The notes: generated by a model from the letters alone, not told the origin. Counted from the stretch's first letter, positions 49,777 to 60,319 are shown. The stretch is 64,000 nucleotides of DNA from Mobiluncus curtisii subsp. curtisii ATCC 35241 (GCF_000146285.1 NZ_GL385912.1:1222336-1286335), one strand, 5' to 3'. Translations and numbers: made by a program.

Positions 49777-50382
49777 TCACGATACATTTTTGTGAAGAGT
49801 TTTGTGCCGCGTCAGGATTACACCACCCACCGGTTCATGTTTTCACATGTTCACGAGGTCTTGTTTGGGGTAGATGATGGCTTTTTCGATAAATTCTGGG
49901 GTGGTGTGAATCATGTCCCAGAAGTCTTGGATGAGCGGGGTGCGCGGGTTTGCTTGCGGGCTGCTGAAACTCAGGCAAGAACCGCAGCTTACACGGGAGG
50001 ACCCGCACCCCACCTTCTGAACCCACGAAAAAATATATAAAGGAAATCAATACCAATGTTGTGTAAATCCTTGATTTTACGCGGTTCTATCTGACGAACG
50101 CCTCGTAAAAGATATAAAGACCTATAAAGAAACGGCAGACCGTGAGACGCGGCAAAATCCTTCTCAGCCTCCGGCGGGGTTGAACCCGCCGTTGCTGGTG
50201 GAACGCGAGCAAGTCTTGACGGATTTCGAGCCAGGCTTGTTCAAGAGGGTGGATATTCCGTAACGTTTGAGTGGGTGACATGGTAGAAAAACCAGGAACA
50301 GTTCTGAATACCTGTTGCCTGAAGTACTCCCCGGAAAACTGGCTCCACACGGCTTTATTGAACTAAAGCGAGTGTTTGCTTC

Positions 50383-51636
50383 CTAGGCAGCGACCAGCTC
50401 GACGATGTATGCCACTGGGGGGCAAAACACGCGCCAGGGGGTGAATGGCGAGGTCCCCAGACCGGGGCTGACGCATACACTCATACTCGCCCGGTCCAAT
50501 TCCCCAATGTTGCACTCGTGTCCAGGACGCGCTTCGGCTTGCCACTTGAACAGACCAGAGGCGAAATGAGGATCCAAATCACAGTTTGTCACCAGGGCAT
50601 GACCGCCCGGCAGACAGACCTGCCCCCCGTGCGTATGTCCACAAAAGACCAGGTCAGTGCCGTCCGAAAGGAACCTATTGAGCACGCGCGCATAAGGGGC
50701 GTGGGACAGTCCCAGGCGAAGGCTGCGACCGGTCGCGCGTAAGTATTCATTGGAAAAGCCGACCCGCCCGGCACTTGTGACCTCCCCACCGCTTGTGACC
50801 TCGGCTCGACCCAATTCACCAGCGCTCACCCCGCCCTGGTGCGGTCCGTCACCGCTGGTGACCTCACCACTCACGACCTCGCCGTCTTGACCGCTCCGAC
50901 CTGCGCCGCCGCTCGAACCTAGTGAACTCGAACCGTCGCCGTCAAAACCCACATAACGATCCCGATGCCCATGCGGATCGTTAACTCCGCTGAGTTCCAG
51001 GCGCACCCCGCGCACGTCCAGACTGCCATTCGCATTGTTGAGGTTCAGCCAACCGGATTCCGCCAATAACCGAGTCAGGTGATTGCCCTGACCGGGCTGA
51101 CCAATCCGCTTGATGACGGCAGGACCCGCCCCGGAGGACTCACTGGTGCTCCACAAGTATTTCAAGGGATTGCCCACGCGGCTGGCAAAGAAATCATGAT
51201 CACCAAACACGTAAGCACCCGGCACTCCCGAGTCGATGAAGGGTTGCAGCGCCGGGGTGACCAAATGTGCATCCCCGTAACTCGATGACAGCATATCTCC
51301 GGTCAAAACAACCAGGTCAAAGTCTGTTCCCGCGCGTTTCGCCAGTACGCGTAACCAGCCGACTAAATCCTCGCGACCGCGATAAAAATGCGTATCCGAC
51401 AGGTGCAACACCCGCAAGCCCGGAAACTCAGGCGTCCCCGCCACCCCGAAACGCGGCACTGGCGCATCCGTCCCCGGCGCGGCAATGGACCGCAACGCCC
51501 TTCCGGGCACGGGAACCGTCAAATGGCGCAGCTGGTAAGCGCGGGAGGCACGCGCGGCACTCCACGCCACTGCTCCTGCCGTCACCGCACCGACTTTCAG
51601 TGCAGTCCAGGCGCGTGTCCACGAGGAGGGATTCAT
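50383..51636 (-). CDS. membrane-anchored metallophosphoesterase (calcineurin-like)
   Basis: 'VLHLSDTH', 'GDML', 'VFGDHDF', 'GHTHG' phosphoesterase motifs; internal low-complexity insert. Confidence 0.75.
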   Translation of the reverse strand: MNPSSWTRAWTALKVGAVTAGAVAWSAARASRAYQLRHLTVPVPGRALRSIAAPGTDAPVPRFGVAGTPEFPGLRVLHLSDTHFYRGREDLVGWLRVLAKRAGTDFDLVVLTGDMLSSSYGDAHLVTPALQPFIDSGVPGAYVFGDHDFFASRVGNPLKYLWSTSESSGAGPAVIKRIGQPGQGNHLTRLLAESGWLNLNNANGSLDVRGVRLELSGVNDPHGHRDRYVGFDGDGSSSLGSSGGAGRSGQDGEVVSGEVTSGDGPHQGGVSAGELGRAEVTSGGEVTSAGRVGFSNEYLRATGRSLRLGLSHAPYARVLNRFLSDGTDLVFCGHTHGGQVCLPGGHALVTNCDLDPHFASGLFKWQAEARPGHECNIGELDRASMSVCVSPGLGTSPFTPWRVFCPPVAYIVELVAA

Positions 51637-51677
51637 CGGGTCTACCTTTACTTTCCTGCCGCGTTGGGGTTGGCTGT

Positions 51678-54014
51678 TTACTGTGCCGGGGCCGCAGGCT
51701 GGGCTGGTGCGGGGGGCTGTGCCGGAGCTGGCGGCTGTGCGGGAGCGGGAGGCGCCGGATTGTTAGCTCCCGGATTAGCGCCGGGGTTTGCCCCACCCTC
51801 ACCGGAAGCCATCCCCGGACTGCCAGCACCGTTGTGAGACGCCCCCGGATTGGCAGAATTCCCCGGTGTGGGTGACGGACTTTCCCCGGTCTTAGACCTG
51901 TAGCCTCCGCCCACAAACACGCCGGTAGAGCCCAGATTCACATTCGGTAGGGGCTGGACCGGGACCCCGTCCAAAGCGGCGGTCATAAATGTCCCCCAGG
52001 TCGGGGCAGCAATCGAGGAACCATAGAGGGAACCGTAGTAGCGTCCCCCGATAGTTTGATGTCCCACCGGGATATTCGCGTTGGCGTGCCCGACCCACAC
52101 CGCGGCCGCCAGTTGGGGAACGAAGCCCACGAACCAGGTGTTTTCGTTGTGGTCGGTGGTGCCGGTCTTGCCCGCGGCCGGTCGGGGAATAGCAGCGGAT
52201 CGCCCGCCCGCGTGCAGGACTCCCTCTAAGGTCACAGCCACTTTGTCGGCTACGTCGGGGGTCAGCACTTGGTGACAGTTTGCGTCGGGTACCTCGTAAG
52301 ATTTCCCGGAGGAATCCGTGACGGAAGTAATGCCGATGGGGTTGCAGTAGACTCCGTGGGCGGCAAAGGTTGCGTAGGCGTCTGCCATCTGCAGCGGTGT
52401 GGCGGAACCGGCACCGATAACGAAAGAGGGGTTTGGCTTGAAGGGCGAACCATCAGGTTCATTCACCCCCATCTTGGCGGCAGTTTTCGCGATGTCGCAC
52501 AAGTCCAGTTTGGTCGCCATATTCGCGAACACGCCGTTGATGGAGTTGGCGGTGCCGTTAGCCACTGTCATGGCACCTTTCTTGGCGCCGCCGGTTTCGG
52601 AAAAGTTCCAGGTGTTGGCCAGTTCCGGGGCGCAGGAAATCTTCCAGTCTTTGGCGGGAATGCTGTAGCGTCCCCCGGCTTGGTCATAACCGCCGTACCC
52701 GTCGATATACCACTGGGTCAGGGTAAATACCTTGAATGTAGATCCGGTCATGAAGCCGGCGGAACCGCCGTGAGCGTAGTCGGCGTTATAGGAGTTTTCG
52801 GTCACCGCATTGTTGCCGGGGTCGACACCGTAGTTGGTGTTTTGGACCATGGCCTTGATTTTGCCGGTGCCCGGTTCCACGCTGGACAGAGCAATCTTTA
52901 CGTCAGAAGGGTCACCCACCGGGATGCGTCCGGTAATTGTGTTGTAGGCGTCATCTTGAGTTTTCGGGTCAAGGGTGGTTTTGATGTTGAGTCCGCCGCG
53001 CAGCAGCAACCGTTGGCGTTCCGCATAGGTAGCGCCGAATTCGGGGGAGGAGAGGATTTCGCCAACCACCCAGGAACAGAAGTACGAGGCGTTGCCTGCC
53101 AGTCCGCACCCCTGTTGCTGGTTGGATATGTTCAATAGTTCCGCGACTGGGATGGATTTGGCTTTTTGGGCTTGTTTCGAGGTGATGTATCCGTCCCGCA
53201 CCATCGCGTCCAGCACCATGGCCTGACGTTTGGTGGCGGATTCAGGGTGAGCGACCGGGTCGTGTCCGTTGGGGGACTGAGGAATTCCTGCCAGCAGGGC
53301 GGCTTCGGCAAGGCTGAGGTCTTTGGCGGGTTTAGAGAAGTAGTGTTGCGCGGCTGCTTCTACTCCGTACACCGAGGGTCCGAACTGGGCGATGTTCAGG
53401 TATCCTTCCAGGATTTCAGACTTGGTCATTTTTTGTTCCAGGCTCATTGCCAGTTTGGCTTCGCGGGCTTTGCGTTCCAGGGTGGCTTCGCTGGCGGCTT
53501 CAATCATGTCCGGGTCTCCCGCCACGCGTCCCTGTTCGATGAGCAGGTTTTTCACGTATTGCTGGGTGAGGGTCGACGCGCCTTGCAAGTCATTGCCTGC
53601 CAGGTTGGACAGGATAGCCCGGCTCATGCCTTCGATGTCGACGCCTTGATGTTCCAAGAAGCGCCGATCCTCGATGGCGATAACCCCTTGTTGCAGAGTT
53701 TTCGCGACTTCTGTCAGGGGGACCACTATCCGGTTTTCCGCGTAAAACTCAGCGATGGGGCTGCCGTCGGCTGCGGTGATGATGGATTTCATCGAGGGCT
53801 GGGAAGTAGTGAAATCAGCGGGTAGGTCGTCGAAGGTTTCGGCTCCCTTGGCGCTGACGATGGCAGCGGCACCGACCACGGGCAGAGCCAAGCCGGCAGT
53901 GAATACGCCCGCGACCGCGCTTGCCGCCACGAACGCGACCAAAAGGGCGAGGACTCGCGACTTACGGGTCTTGGGCAGTGCGGAAGTTGAACTTGCGGCG
54001 TCATTTTTCCCCAT
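51678..54014 (-). CDS. ponA: class A penicillin-binding protein (transglycosylase-transpeptidase), PonA2-like
   Basis: GT51 'GVIAIEDRRFLEHQGVD', 'STFK' and 'KTGTT' transpeptidase motifs, Pro/Ala-rich C-terminal tail. Confidence 0.85.
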   Translation of the reverse strand: MGKNDAASSTSALPKTRKSRVLALLVAFVAASAVAGVFTAGLALPVVGAAAIVSAKGAETFDDLPADFTTSQPSMKSIITAADGSPIAEFYAENRIVVPLTEVAKTLQQGVIAIEDRRFLEHQGVDIEGMSRAILSNLAGNDLQGASTLTQQYVKNLLIEQGRVAGDPDMIEAASEATLERKAREAKLAMSLEQKMTKSEILEGYLNIAQFGPSVYGVEAAAQHYFSKPAKDLSLAEAALLAGIPQSPNGHDPVAHPESATKRQAMVLDAMVRDGYITSKQAQKAKSIPVAELLNISNQQQGCGLAGNASYFCSWVVGEILSSPEFGATYAERQRLLLRGGLNIKTTLDPKTQDDAYNTITGRIPVGDPSDVKIALSSVEPGTGKIKAMVQNTNYGVDPGNNAVTENSYNADYAHGGSAGFMTGSTFKVFTLTQWYIDGYGGYDQAGGRYSIPAKDWKISCAPELANTWNFSETGGAKKGAMTVANGTANSINGVFANMATKLDLCDIAKTAAKMGVNEPDGSPFKPNPSFVIGAGSATPLQMADAYATFAAHGVYCNPIGITSVTDSSGKSYEVPDANCHQVLTPDVADKVAVTLEGVLHAGGRSAAIPRPAAGKTGTTDHNENTWFVGFVPQLAAAVWVGHANANIPVGHQTIGGRYYGSLYGSSIAAPTWGTFMTAALDGVPVQPLPNVNLGSTGVFVGGGYRSKTGESPSPTPGNSANPGASHNGAGSPGMASGEGGANPGANPGANNPAPPAPAQPPAPAQPPAPAQPAAPAQ

Positions 54015-54255
54015 GGGTTAATCCTAAAGGTCGGGCGTGATTCTTTCTAAATTAAACCCGGCGATACCACCGAAAACCTTTCCTCTGGCGGTCCGGTGCC
54101 GTGACATTTCGTAAGCCCGATATGCAAATGGAAAAAATCAGTATGCCGCGCGTAAATCTTTCTCGATTTAATTATAAAATCCCGCCCTTGAAATTCCTTT
54201 GACCGGCAGCTAAGGTGTTAAGGGCAAGCTGGCTTTCGAGAAAGAAAGATTCATC

Positions 54256-54615
54256 ATGTCAGTCAATGGAGACCAAACTTGGGCAGCGGAAGCGCTTTGC
54301 GCAGACTGCCCGCCGGATCAACTTTTTGTCCAAGGTGCAGCGCAACGCGAAGTCCGTTCTATGTGTTACGGATGCCCTGTCCGCATTGAATGTCTGGCAG
54401 ATGCGCTGGATTCCCGCGCATCTTTCGGAGTTTGGGGCGGTTTGACCGAGCGGGAGCGTCGTGCCATGCTGCGTCGTTATCCCGAAGTGCGCTCCTGGGA
54501 GACTTGGCTGCGCGAAGCCGACGACGAACTGGCGGCGGAGCTGCGCACGAAGCACGCCCCGCACGTGTTGGCTCATGTGCGTGCGTCTCGCCGCGAAGTC
54601 GCGCTCTCTAAGTAG
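54256..54615 (+). CDS. whiB: WhiB-family Fe-S transcription regulator
   Basis: four Cys 'CADC...CYGCPVRIEC', 'GVWGG' turn, basic C-terminus. Confidence 0.85.
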   Translation: MSVNGDQTWAAEALCADCPPDQLFVQGAAQREVRSMCYGCPVRIECLADALDSRASFGVWGGLTERERRAMLRRYPEVRSWETWLREADDELAAELRTKHAPHVLAHVRASRREVALSK

Positions 54616-54687
54616 CGTCCATTAGGGATTATTCACAAGGGCGGGTTACCGGTGTGGGCTCAACTCGCTCACGTTTAGGTGGGTTTT

Positions 54688-54846
54688 ATGACAAAGTGGG
54701 AATACTTGACGGCACCGGTGATGGTGCATAACACAAAAGCGATTTTGGATCAGTTTGGCGCGGACGGCTGGGAACTGGTGACAATAGTGCCCGGGCCGAG
54801 TGGCGGAGATTCCCTGGTCGCTTACTTCAAACGACCTTTGGCTTAG
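54688..54846 (+). CDS. DUF4177-like small protein (52 aa), absent from the ORF track
   Basis: 'MTKWEYLTAPVMVHNTKAILDQFGADGWELVTIVPGP...LVAYFKRP'; AGGTGGG RBS. Confidence 0.5.
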   Translation: MTKWEYLTAPVMVHNTKAILDQFGADGWELVTIVPGPSGGDSLVAYFKRPLA

Positions 54847-54880
54847 CGTTTGACGGTTTCGGGCGCGCCCTTAGGGCGGT

Positions 54881-55804
54881 TTATGACGCCCGATACCGCA
54901 ACCTTTCCTGATTCACGATGATAATTGACCGGCGCTTTTGAATAATCCAGCCGCGGGCAATGAAATCTGCCAGCACCTTGTTAGCAGTCTCCCGGCTGGC
55001 TCCTGCCATCTGACCTAACTCCAGTTGGGACAGTCCATGTGGCAGCCGTACCCCGGTGGTGGGAAGACCGGACTCTCGTGGGTTTTCACCATTTAATCCC
55101 GCGACTGCCGATGGGCTTTGTCCTGACATTTGGTCGCTCGCGGCACTCTCTCCGGTCAACTGGGACTGACTGGTAGTCTCTGCCTCTAGCGGTTGACCGA
55201 ATCTTTCCATTAGTTCCAGCAGTGCTGCCGCGATACGTCCCGGCACGTCGACATCCCGCAGCGCCATAGTGCGTTGATAGAGCAGCTCCGTTTGCCGATT
55301 CAAGGCTCGCAGCACCTCGAGGTGCAGCGCCTGGTGTTTCTCCAGGTAATCCCGTGCATCCGTGACTAAAACCCAGTCCAGACGTACCGGTTCCAGGGTG
55401 GTGGCGCTAGAAAACCACATCCGGGCGGGGGTTTGCCCGGAGCTACGATGGGTACTGTCCAGACCCTCTGTTCCCGATTTTTCGGGGTGTTGGGCGACCG
55501 TGGAAGTTCGTTGACCGGGGTGGGATACCCCCTGTCCACCCCCCGCCGAGAGGTCGGTTAGGGCGTTAAGACCGATGGTATCCGTCGGCCCCAGCACTTC
55601 CAGGAGGTGATCGCGCCCCATCGAAGTGGAGCGGGTGAGCTTAACTTTTCCCGTATGCAAGTGAAAAATTCGGTCTTGCAGGGTGTCCTCAGCAGCTAGG
55701 CGAAACCGCGCCTCTAAATCGGTCTGGTGTACCTTGGCACCCATTCCCGCCAGCACTTCTGCCCAGATTACGCCCAGGCTTGCCAAATCGCTGTTTCTCA
55801 CCAC
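54881..55804 (-). CDS. Crp/Fnr-family transcription regulator with an extended internal linker
   Basis: cNMP-binding-like N-terminus and C-terminal HTH 'RETANKVLADFIARGWI'. Confidence 0.7.
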   Translation of the reverse strand: MVRNSDLASLGVIWAEVLAGMGAKVHQTDLEARFRLAAEDTLQDRIFHLHTGKVKLTRSTSMGRDHLLEVLGPTDTIGLNALTDLSAGGGQGVSHPGQRTSTVAQHPEKSGTEGLDSTHRSSGQTPARMWFSSATTLEPVRLDWVLVTDARDYLEKHQALHLEVLRALNRQTELLYQRTMALRDVDVPGRIAAALLELMERFGQPLEAETTSQSQLTGESAASDQMSGQSPSAVAGLNGENPRESGLPTTGVRLPHGLSQLELGQMAGASRETANKVLADFIARGWIIQKRRSIIIVNQERLRYRAS

Positions 55805-55846
55805 CGCGGACGTTCCCTCATCTAAACCTTTGGTTACTGCTGGAAA

Positions 55847-57046
55847 CTATGCATTTTCGGCACGTGCCAAGGCTTTGTCAGCGATTTGGTCCACCCTACC
55901 TTTGCGGCGTGCGGTATGTCCCACCACGCCGATCATAATCAGCAGGATGCCGATAATCAGGAATTGTCCCGAGGCCCCGGCAGATTCGATGAGGTAACTC
56001 AGCACCTTCAGCGCCATCAGCGGGCTGTCCTGCAGTCCGTGCAGAGTGGAGCCAATCGCGTTTTTCATCACTCCGGGAACCACTACGAAAGCGCCCCCCA
56101 GCACCGTGAGCACAATTCCGGATACAAACATCCCCAGCGAGGACAATCGCACCACACTGCCGACAAAAATGACCGCTGCCAAACCCAAAATCAGGAAGAT
56201 GAGTCCCTCTAAAGAGTATTTGCCTGTCTCCCATGCAGAATGGTTGGAGCCGTAAAGCAACCCCCCGGCGTGGCGTAAAAATGCCCACGCCAAAGGAACG
56301 CCAATGATGCTGATCACCAGGGACCAGGCATGTGCCCCAGCTCGGCTCAACTTCGCCGGCTTGATAGAGGCGCCTGCCAATATGGTGGACTCGTTGAGTT
56401 TTTTGTCTTCATTACCCAAAAGTTCCGGTTGACGCGGTTGCCATTTCGGGTCAGATTCCGCGGTCGTCATAGCGTCAGCAGCAGCCGCGTTCGTCAGGGG
56501 GGTTGGATTGGGTTCTGTTCCCAAGAGAGACTTCCGTCGCACTACCGTGGTTTCCACGTCATCGGCGGAGGGCACAGGGGTGGCAGCCTTGTCATTAGCG
56601 TCAACCACGTCAGCACCAGAATCAGTGGCATTTGCAATGGTTTCTTCGTTGAGGAAAGAGGACCAGGCTTGCGTCGAGGTGTCACTGACCGGATCGGGTT
56701 CCGGCTCCGGCTCCGGCACAGGTGCAGAAGCGAGCGCAGAGGTGTCGCTATTCGCTACTGAAGTCTGCGAGACAACCGCAGTTTCCTCACTATCAGGACT
56801 AATGGTGGTTGACTGATCCTGGGGCTGTTTGGGTGAGTCCGCCTCGGTGTCTACGGTTTCCGGGGTGGATTCTGTCTGCGCACCGGCAGCGGCATTAGCA
56901 TCGGTATCGGAGTCTCCACCGGATTGCGCAAAAGCCTGCGCCCACACTTCGGCAGCATCAACTTCTCCGTCCAACGGCTTTGCGGCGTCCTGAGACGCAT
57001 CACGCAGGTAGTCGGGCAGTTCTGCCGGCTGATTTTCTTCGGTCAC
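55847..57046 (-). CDS. membrane protein with acidic low-complexity N-terminal region
   Basis: 399 aa; D/E/T/A-rich first 230 aa then 4 TM helices. Confidence 0.45.
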   Translation of the reverse strand: MTEENQPAELPDYLRDASQDAAKPLDGEVDAAEVWAQAFAQSGGDSDTDANAAAGAQTESTPETVDTEADSPKQPQDQSTTISPDSEETAVVSQTSVANSDTSALASAPVPEPEPEPDPVSDTSTQAWSSFLNEETIANATDSGADVVDANDKAATPVPSADDVETTVVRRKSLLGTEPNPTPLTNAAAADAMTTAESDPKWQPRQPELLGNEDKKLNESTILAGASIKPAKLSRAGAHAWSLVISIIGVPLAWAFLRHAGGLLYGSNHSAWETGKYSLEGLIFLILGLAAVIFVGSVVRLSSLGMFVSGIVLTVLGGAFVVVPGVMKNAIGSTLHGLQDSPLMALKVLSYLIESAGASGQFLIIGILLIMIGVVGHTARRKGRVDQIADKALARAENA

Positions 57047-57184
57047 GGGAGTCTCCCTTCGTCAGTCACCTCGGAACTCACGTTAGCGCACGAGAGTGAC
57101 CAAGCTCACTAGGCGCGCGGAGAAAAACCGAAGACCGTAACGAAAACCCGTGCTCACCCCTGGTGAACACCCGAGAAAGACCGA

Positions 57185-58963
57185 CTACGCACCAGCCTCA
57201 AGATCTGCCTTTTGATCACGCACACCCGATTGACGGCACCACCACAACGTTAAAGCACAGGCAATCAGTACAAAGCCGAAAGTCATCAGCGGTCCGCCCG
57301 AGACATGCATGGACGCCGTGAGGTAATCAGAAAGCATCCTGACCAGGCGTTCCGCCCATCCGGAAGTTGACGCTTCACCGAAAGCCAGAATCGCTCCAGG
57401 GATGACGCCGCAGGTCACCCCGGCAAACATCAAACCCGCAGCGGAACGAGAGCCGGAATAAACCGCTATGAACAGCAACAGGATACCCAGAATCGGCAGT
57501 CCGTAAGTCGCGACCGCCGGCAGCTTGGACAGGTGACCGCTCGCTCCGGTAATTACTGCCAACCGGTCGTGTAGCGGAATCAACGACAACATGCCCGCGA
57601 CCGTGCAGACAACCGAAACCACAATCGCCCGCAAGTGATACTTCAGGCGTGAAGGCGGGGCGATAGGAGTACCTGGCTCCCGGTCATTGGTTTCGCCGAG
57701 CTGGTGCTCCAGCAAAGCGAAGTCCCGCCCCTCCAGATAGGCAATCTGGGCTGCCAAAGACGCCCCGACCATGACTATTGCCATAGTGGGGAACAATCCA
57801 GACGCCGTCAAGGTCGAGACTCCGTCCAAGAAATCCCACCACAGCGAATACTGCGAAGCTCCCGTCAAAGTGTCGTTATGAGAAGCCACCAAGCCCCGAA
57901 TCGGGCTAGCCAAGACCGTCAGCAGCACGGGCCAGAGCGCAGAAATCGCCCAGGATAACGACGAGTAATATCCCGTGATTACGCCGGTTATGGAGAGCAG
58001 CGCGGTTCCCGCCAGGATTTCAAAAATTCCCAAGAAGATGGCGACCGCGCCTGCGCCATAACTGGCATCCATCACGGTTTTCGTACCCCAAATCAGGAAA
58101 ATCATCGCGAGGGGTGCCACCAACAGACCGGTAAGAATTCCGATGAGATTGGCGCGCAGGGTGCTGGGCGGAGGATTGGGTACCCCGGTTTTCGCTAGGG
58201 TACGAGACTGATCGCGCAGGTGTGACAAACGTTTCCAAGTGCCGGGTCGCTTGGCAGGGGGCTCTGTCGGAGCCGGTTCGGGATTCAAACTCTCAGGAGC
58301 CTCAACTTGTTCGAATTCGTTTTGAGCGGCAGCGGCGGCGAGCTCAGTCCTCCAAGCGGCGGTTTCTGTCTCGTCAATTTCTTCGTCCGGCGCGACAGGC
58401 GGGGCGCCAGCGCCAATCGGGGTAGACGGAACGGGCTGGGGCTGACCGGAACGAGCCGGTTGAGGTGTCGGGACAGCGGGCACAACAGGAGCAGCGGGTG
58501 CAGTAGGCACGGCAGGTGCAGCTGGCGTAGCAGGAGCAGCAGGGGCGGTCATAGCCGGAGGAATAGTCGCTGCCGGAGGGACGGGGACGGCAGGAGCAGC
58601 AGGAACGGTCGGTGCCATCGGTGCCATCGGCGCACGAGGGACAGTCGGGATACCCCTGTTTGCCGCCGGAAAAGGTTGATTAGGAACGTTTTGTGCCGGG
58701 TTGGGGACGGGCTGCCCTTGCGGAGAGACCAATCCGCGTCTCACCGCGGAACGAGACGGCAGCACCCGAGGATGAACGGTCTGGGGACCGGGGCGCCAGG
58801 CAGGAACGGGAGGATTGCCGGATATTTGACCAGGTTGCATGGGATTAACCGGGACCTGCGGGCGGGCAGGAGGAAAGAACGGCTGCTCCTGGCGGCGCTG
58901 CTGCGGACCGCCTCCCTGCGGAGGAACCGGATTCCGAGGAGGCTGCGGAAGGTTATCTGACAC
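57185..58963 (-). CDS. proline-rich N-terminus plus polytopic membrane domain protein
   Basis: 592 aa; 'PAAPAVPVPPAATIPPAMTAPAAPATPAAP' then about 8 TM. Confidence 0.45.
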   Translation of the reverse strand: MSDNLPQPPRNPVPPQGGGPQQRRQEQPFFPPARPQVPVNPMQPGQISGNPPVPAWRPGPQTVHPRVLPSRSAVRRGLVSPQGQPVPNPAQNVPNQPFPAANRGIPTVPRAPMAPMAPTVPAAPAVPVPPAATIPPAMTAPAAPATPAAPAVPTAPAAPVVPAVPTPQPARSGQPQPVPSTPIGAGAPPVAPDEEIDETETAAWRTELAAAAAQNEFEQVEAPESLNPEPAPTEPPAKRPGTWKRLSHLRDQSRTLAKTGVPNPPPSTLRANLIGILTGLLVAPLAMIFLIWGTKTVMDASYGAGAVAIFLGIFEILAGTALLSITGVITGYYSSLSWAISALWPVLLTVLASPIRGLVASHNDTLTGASQYSLWWDFLDGVSTLTASGLFPTMAIVMVGASLAAQIAYLEGRDFALLEHQLGETNDREPGTPIAPPSRLKYHLRAIVVSVVCTVAGMLSLIPLHDRLAVITGASGHLSKLPAVATYGLPILGILLLFIAVYSGSRSAAGLMFAGVTCGVIPGAILAFGEASTSGWAERLVRMLSDYLTASMHVSGGPLMTFGFVLIACALTLWWCRQSGVRDQKADLEAGA

Positions 58964-59052
58964 CGAGCCATTGTATAACGCGGGGGCTACGCTATACTAA
59001 ACTTCCCCAAAAATGAGTCAAGTTTTACAGGTTTTCCCAGGTAGTGCCACGC

Positions 59053-59097
59053 TTTCCACAGTTTTCCACAGGGTGGGGATTTTGGGGTTTTCCACAG
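59053..59097. promoter_or_regulatory. three direct TTTCCACAG repeats upstream of tad locus
   Basis: copies at 59053, 59063, 59089. Confidence 0.35.
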
Positions 59098-59149
59098 GTA
59101 AAAATTTTTCCGCTTTTTCTCTGCCAGCCGGCAGCGAAAACTTGGGGGC

Positions 59150-60319
59150 ATGGTCAATACCTTCAAGACGGTGACGCTGCTGTGCGAACCGCACGAGAAA
59201 GCCTGGCGGGAGCAGCTCGAAATGCTCGCCACGCTCGCGGCTGCGGATTTGCGGGTCATGGCGCCGCGAGACTGGTCCGGAACGTGCGCCGGTCCGGTCT
59301 TTTGCTCTGCCCAAGCCGCCGCCGCCTTTCCGGGACGATTGGCGACGGGAACCTACCTGGTACGTCTGCAGGGAGAGACTAACGGCAGGGCGGAAATGGG
59401 ACCGGCGCTGGTTTTGCCAGCTGATGAACGTGAAGTGTTGGGTCTCATGCTCCCACAGTCTGGCAGTGCTTTCACCGTCATGGTTCGCGGTTTGGTGCCG
59501 GGAGTACAGACGACGGTCATCGCCGGATTGCTCGCACATGCCCTCGCGGTAGTGGCACAGACCGAACCGAGAGACGAACGCCCTGGTGAACCCCGGCGCG
59601 ACTGCGAACGTTCCCGAAACAGAGGACGCGAAGCCAGATTTGCAGGTGACCGCGACGGAACTAGCGGCAGCGGGGGGCTTAGTGCGTTACCTCCGGTTTG
59701 TTGGGTGGACTGCAGTGGCTCCTATCTGCCCTTGGACGCGTGGGTCGCGCCAGTCAGCGGGGCTGATTTGGATTGGCAGGCTTGGCAGACGACCGGGCAA
59801 ATTCCGGGTTTTCGTGCCGCGGCGGGACTGCCCATATGGGAGAACGTGGCGTTGCTGGGCAGTTCGGGGTCCATAGTCCGTCCCCAGACTGTTGCCGGCG
59901 TACTGCGCGACTTGGCAGGGATTTTCCCGTGCCTGGTGCTGGATTTGGGTTCCGGAGCGGGGGTACCTGCGCTATCTGAGACAGGAACTTCGCGAGGAAC
60001 CACACAGGCGGATGCCGTCGTGTGGGTCGCCGATTATTCCCGCGCGGCGCTGCTGGCGTGGGAAACGCTGTCCCCGGAGTTTCCTTGTCCCGCTCACCTC
60101 ATCGTAGTTCCCGGCGGAGGCTTGCCCCCGCGTCAGGCCCGCCGGGCGCTGCGCGGAATTCATCCGGAAATCGATGTTTCGGACTGGTCCTATTCGGCGC
60201 GGATTTGGGACAGTTTCGGCTGTGAAGGGCTCACTGCCCCGCTGCCCCGAAAAGTGACGCACTGCACGGAAACTCTCGCGGCAAGTCTGCTGCATTTGGA
60301 ACTGAGGACACGACGATGA
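59150..60319 (+). CDS. pilus-assembly protein, TadZ/CpaE-like (degenerate ParA/MinD fold), Rv3660c-like
   Basis: position immediately upstream of tadA with 4-nt overlap; no intact Walker A. Confidence 0.4.
   Translation: MVNTFKTVTLLCEPHEKAWREQLEMLATLAAADLRVMAPRDWSGTCAGPVFCSAQAAAAFPGRLATGTYLVRLQGETNGRAEMGPALVLPADEREVLGLMLPQSGSAFTVMVRGLVPGVQTTVIAGLLAHALAVVAQTEPRDERPGEPRRDCERSRNRGREARFAGDRDGTSGSGGLSALPPVCWVDCSGSYLPLDAWVAPVSGADLDWQAWQTTGQIPGFRAAAGLPIWENVALLGSSGSIVRPQTVAGVLRDLAGIFPCLVLDLGSGAGVPALSETGTSRGTTQADAVVWVADYSRAALLAWETLSPEFPCPAHLIVVPGGGLPPRQARRALRGIHPEIDVSDWSYSARIWDSFGCEGLTAPLPRKVTHCTETLAASLLHLELRTRR

Noticed and set aside
49990-50190. possible attR: 'cccgcaccccacc' and a T-arm-like 'gcggggttgaacccgcc' near the right end of the low-GC region
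   Set aside because: neither is an exact direct repeat of the tRNA-Pro 3' end (gcgggttcaaatcccgccaccccga); similarity too short and gapped
52269-53825. two plus-strand ORFs (289 and 219 aa) opposite the PBP gene
   Set aside because: antisense artefacts; PBP motifs are unambiguous on the minus strand
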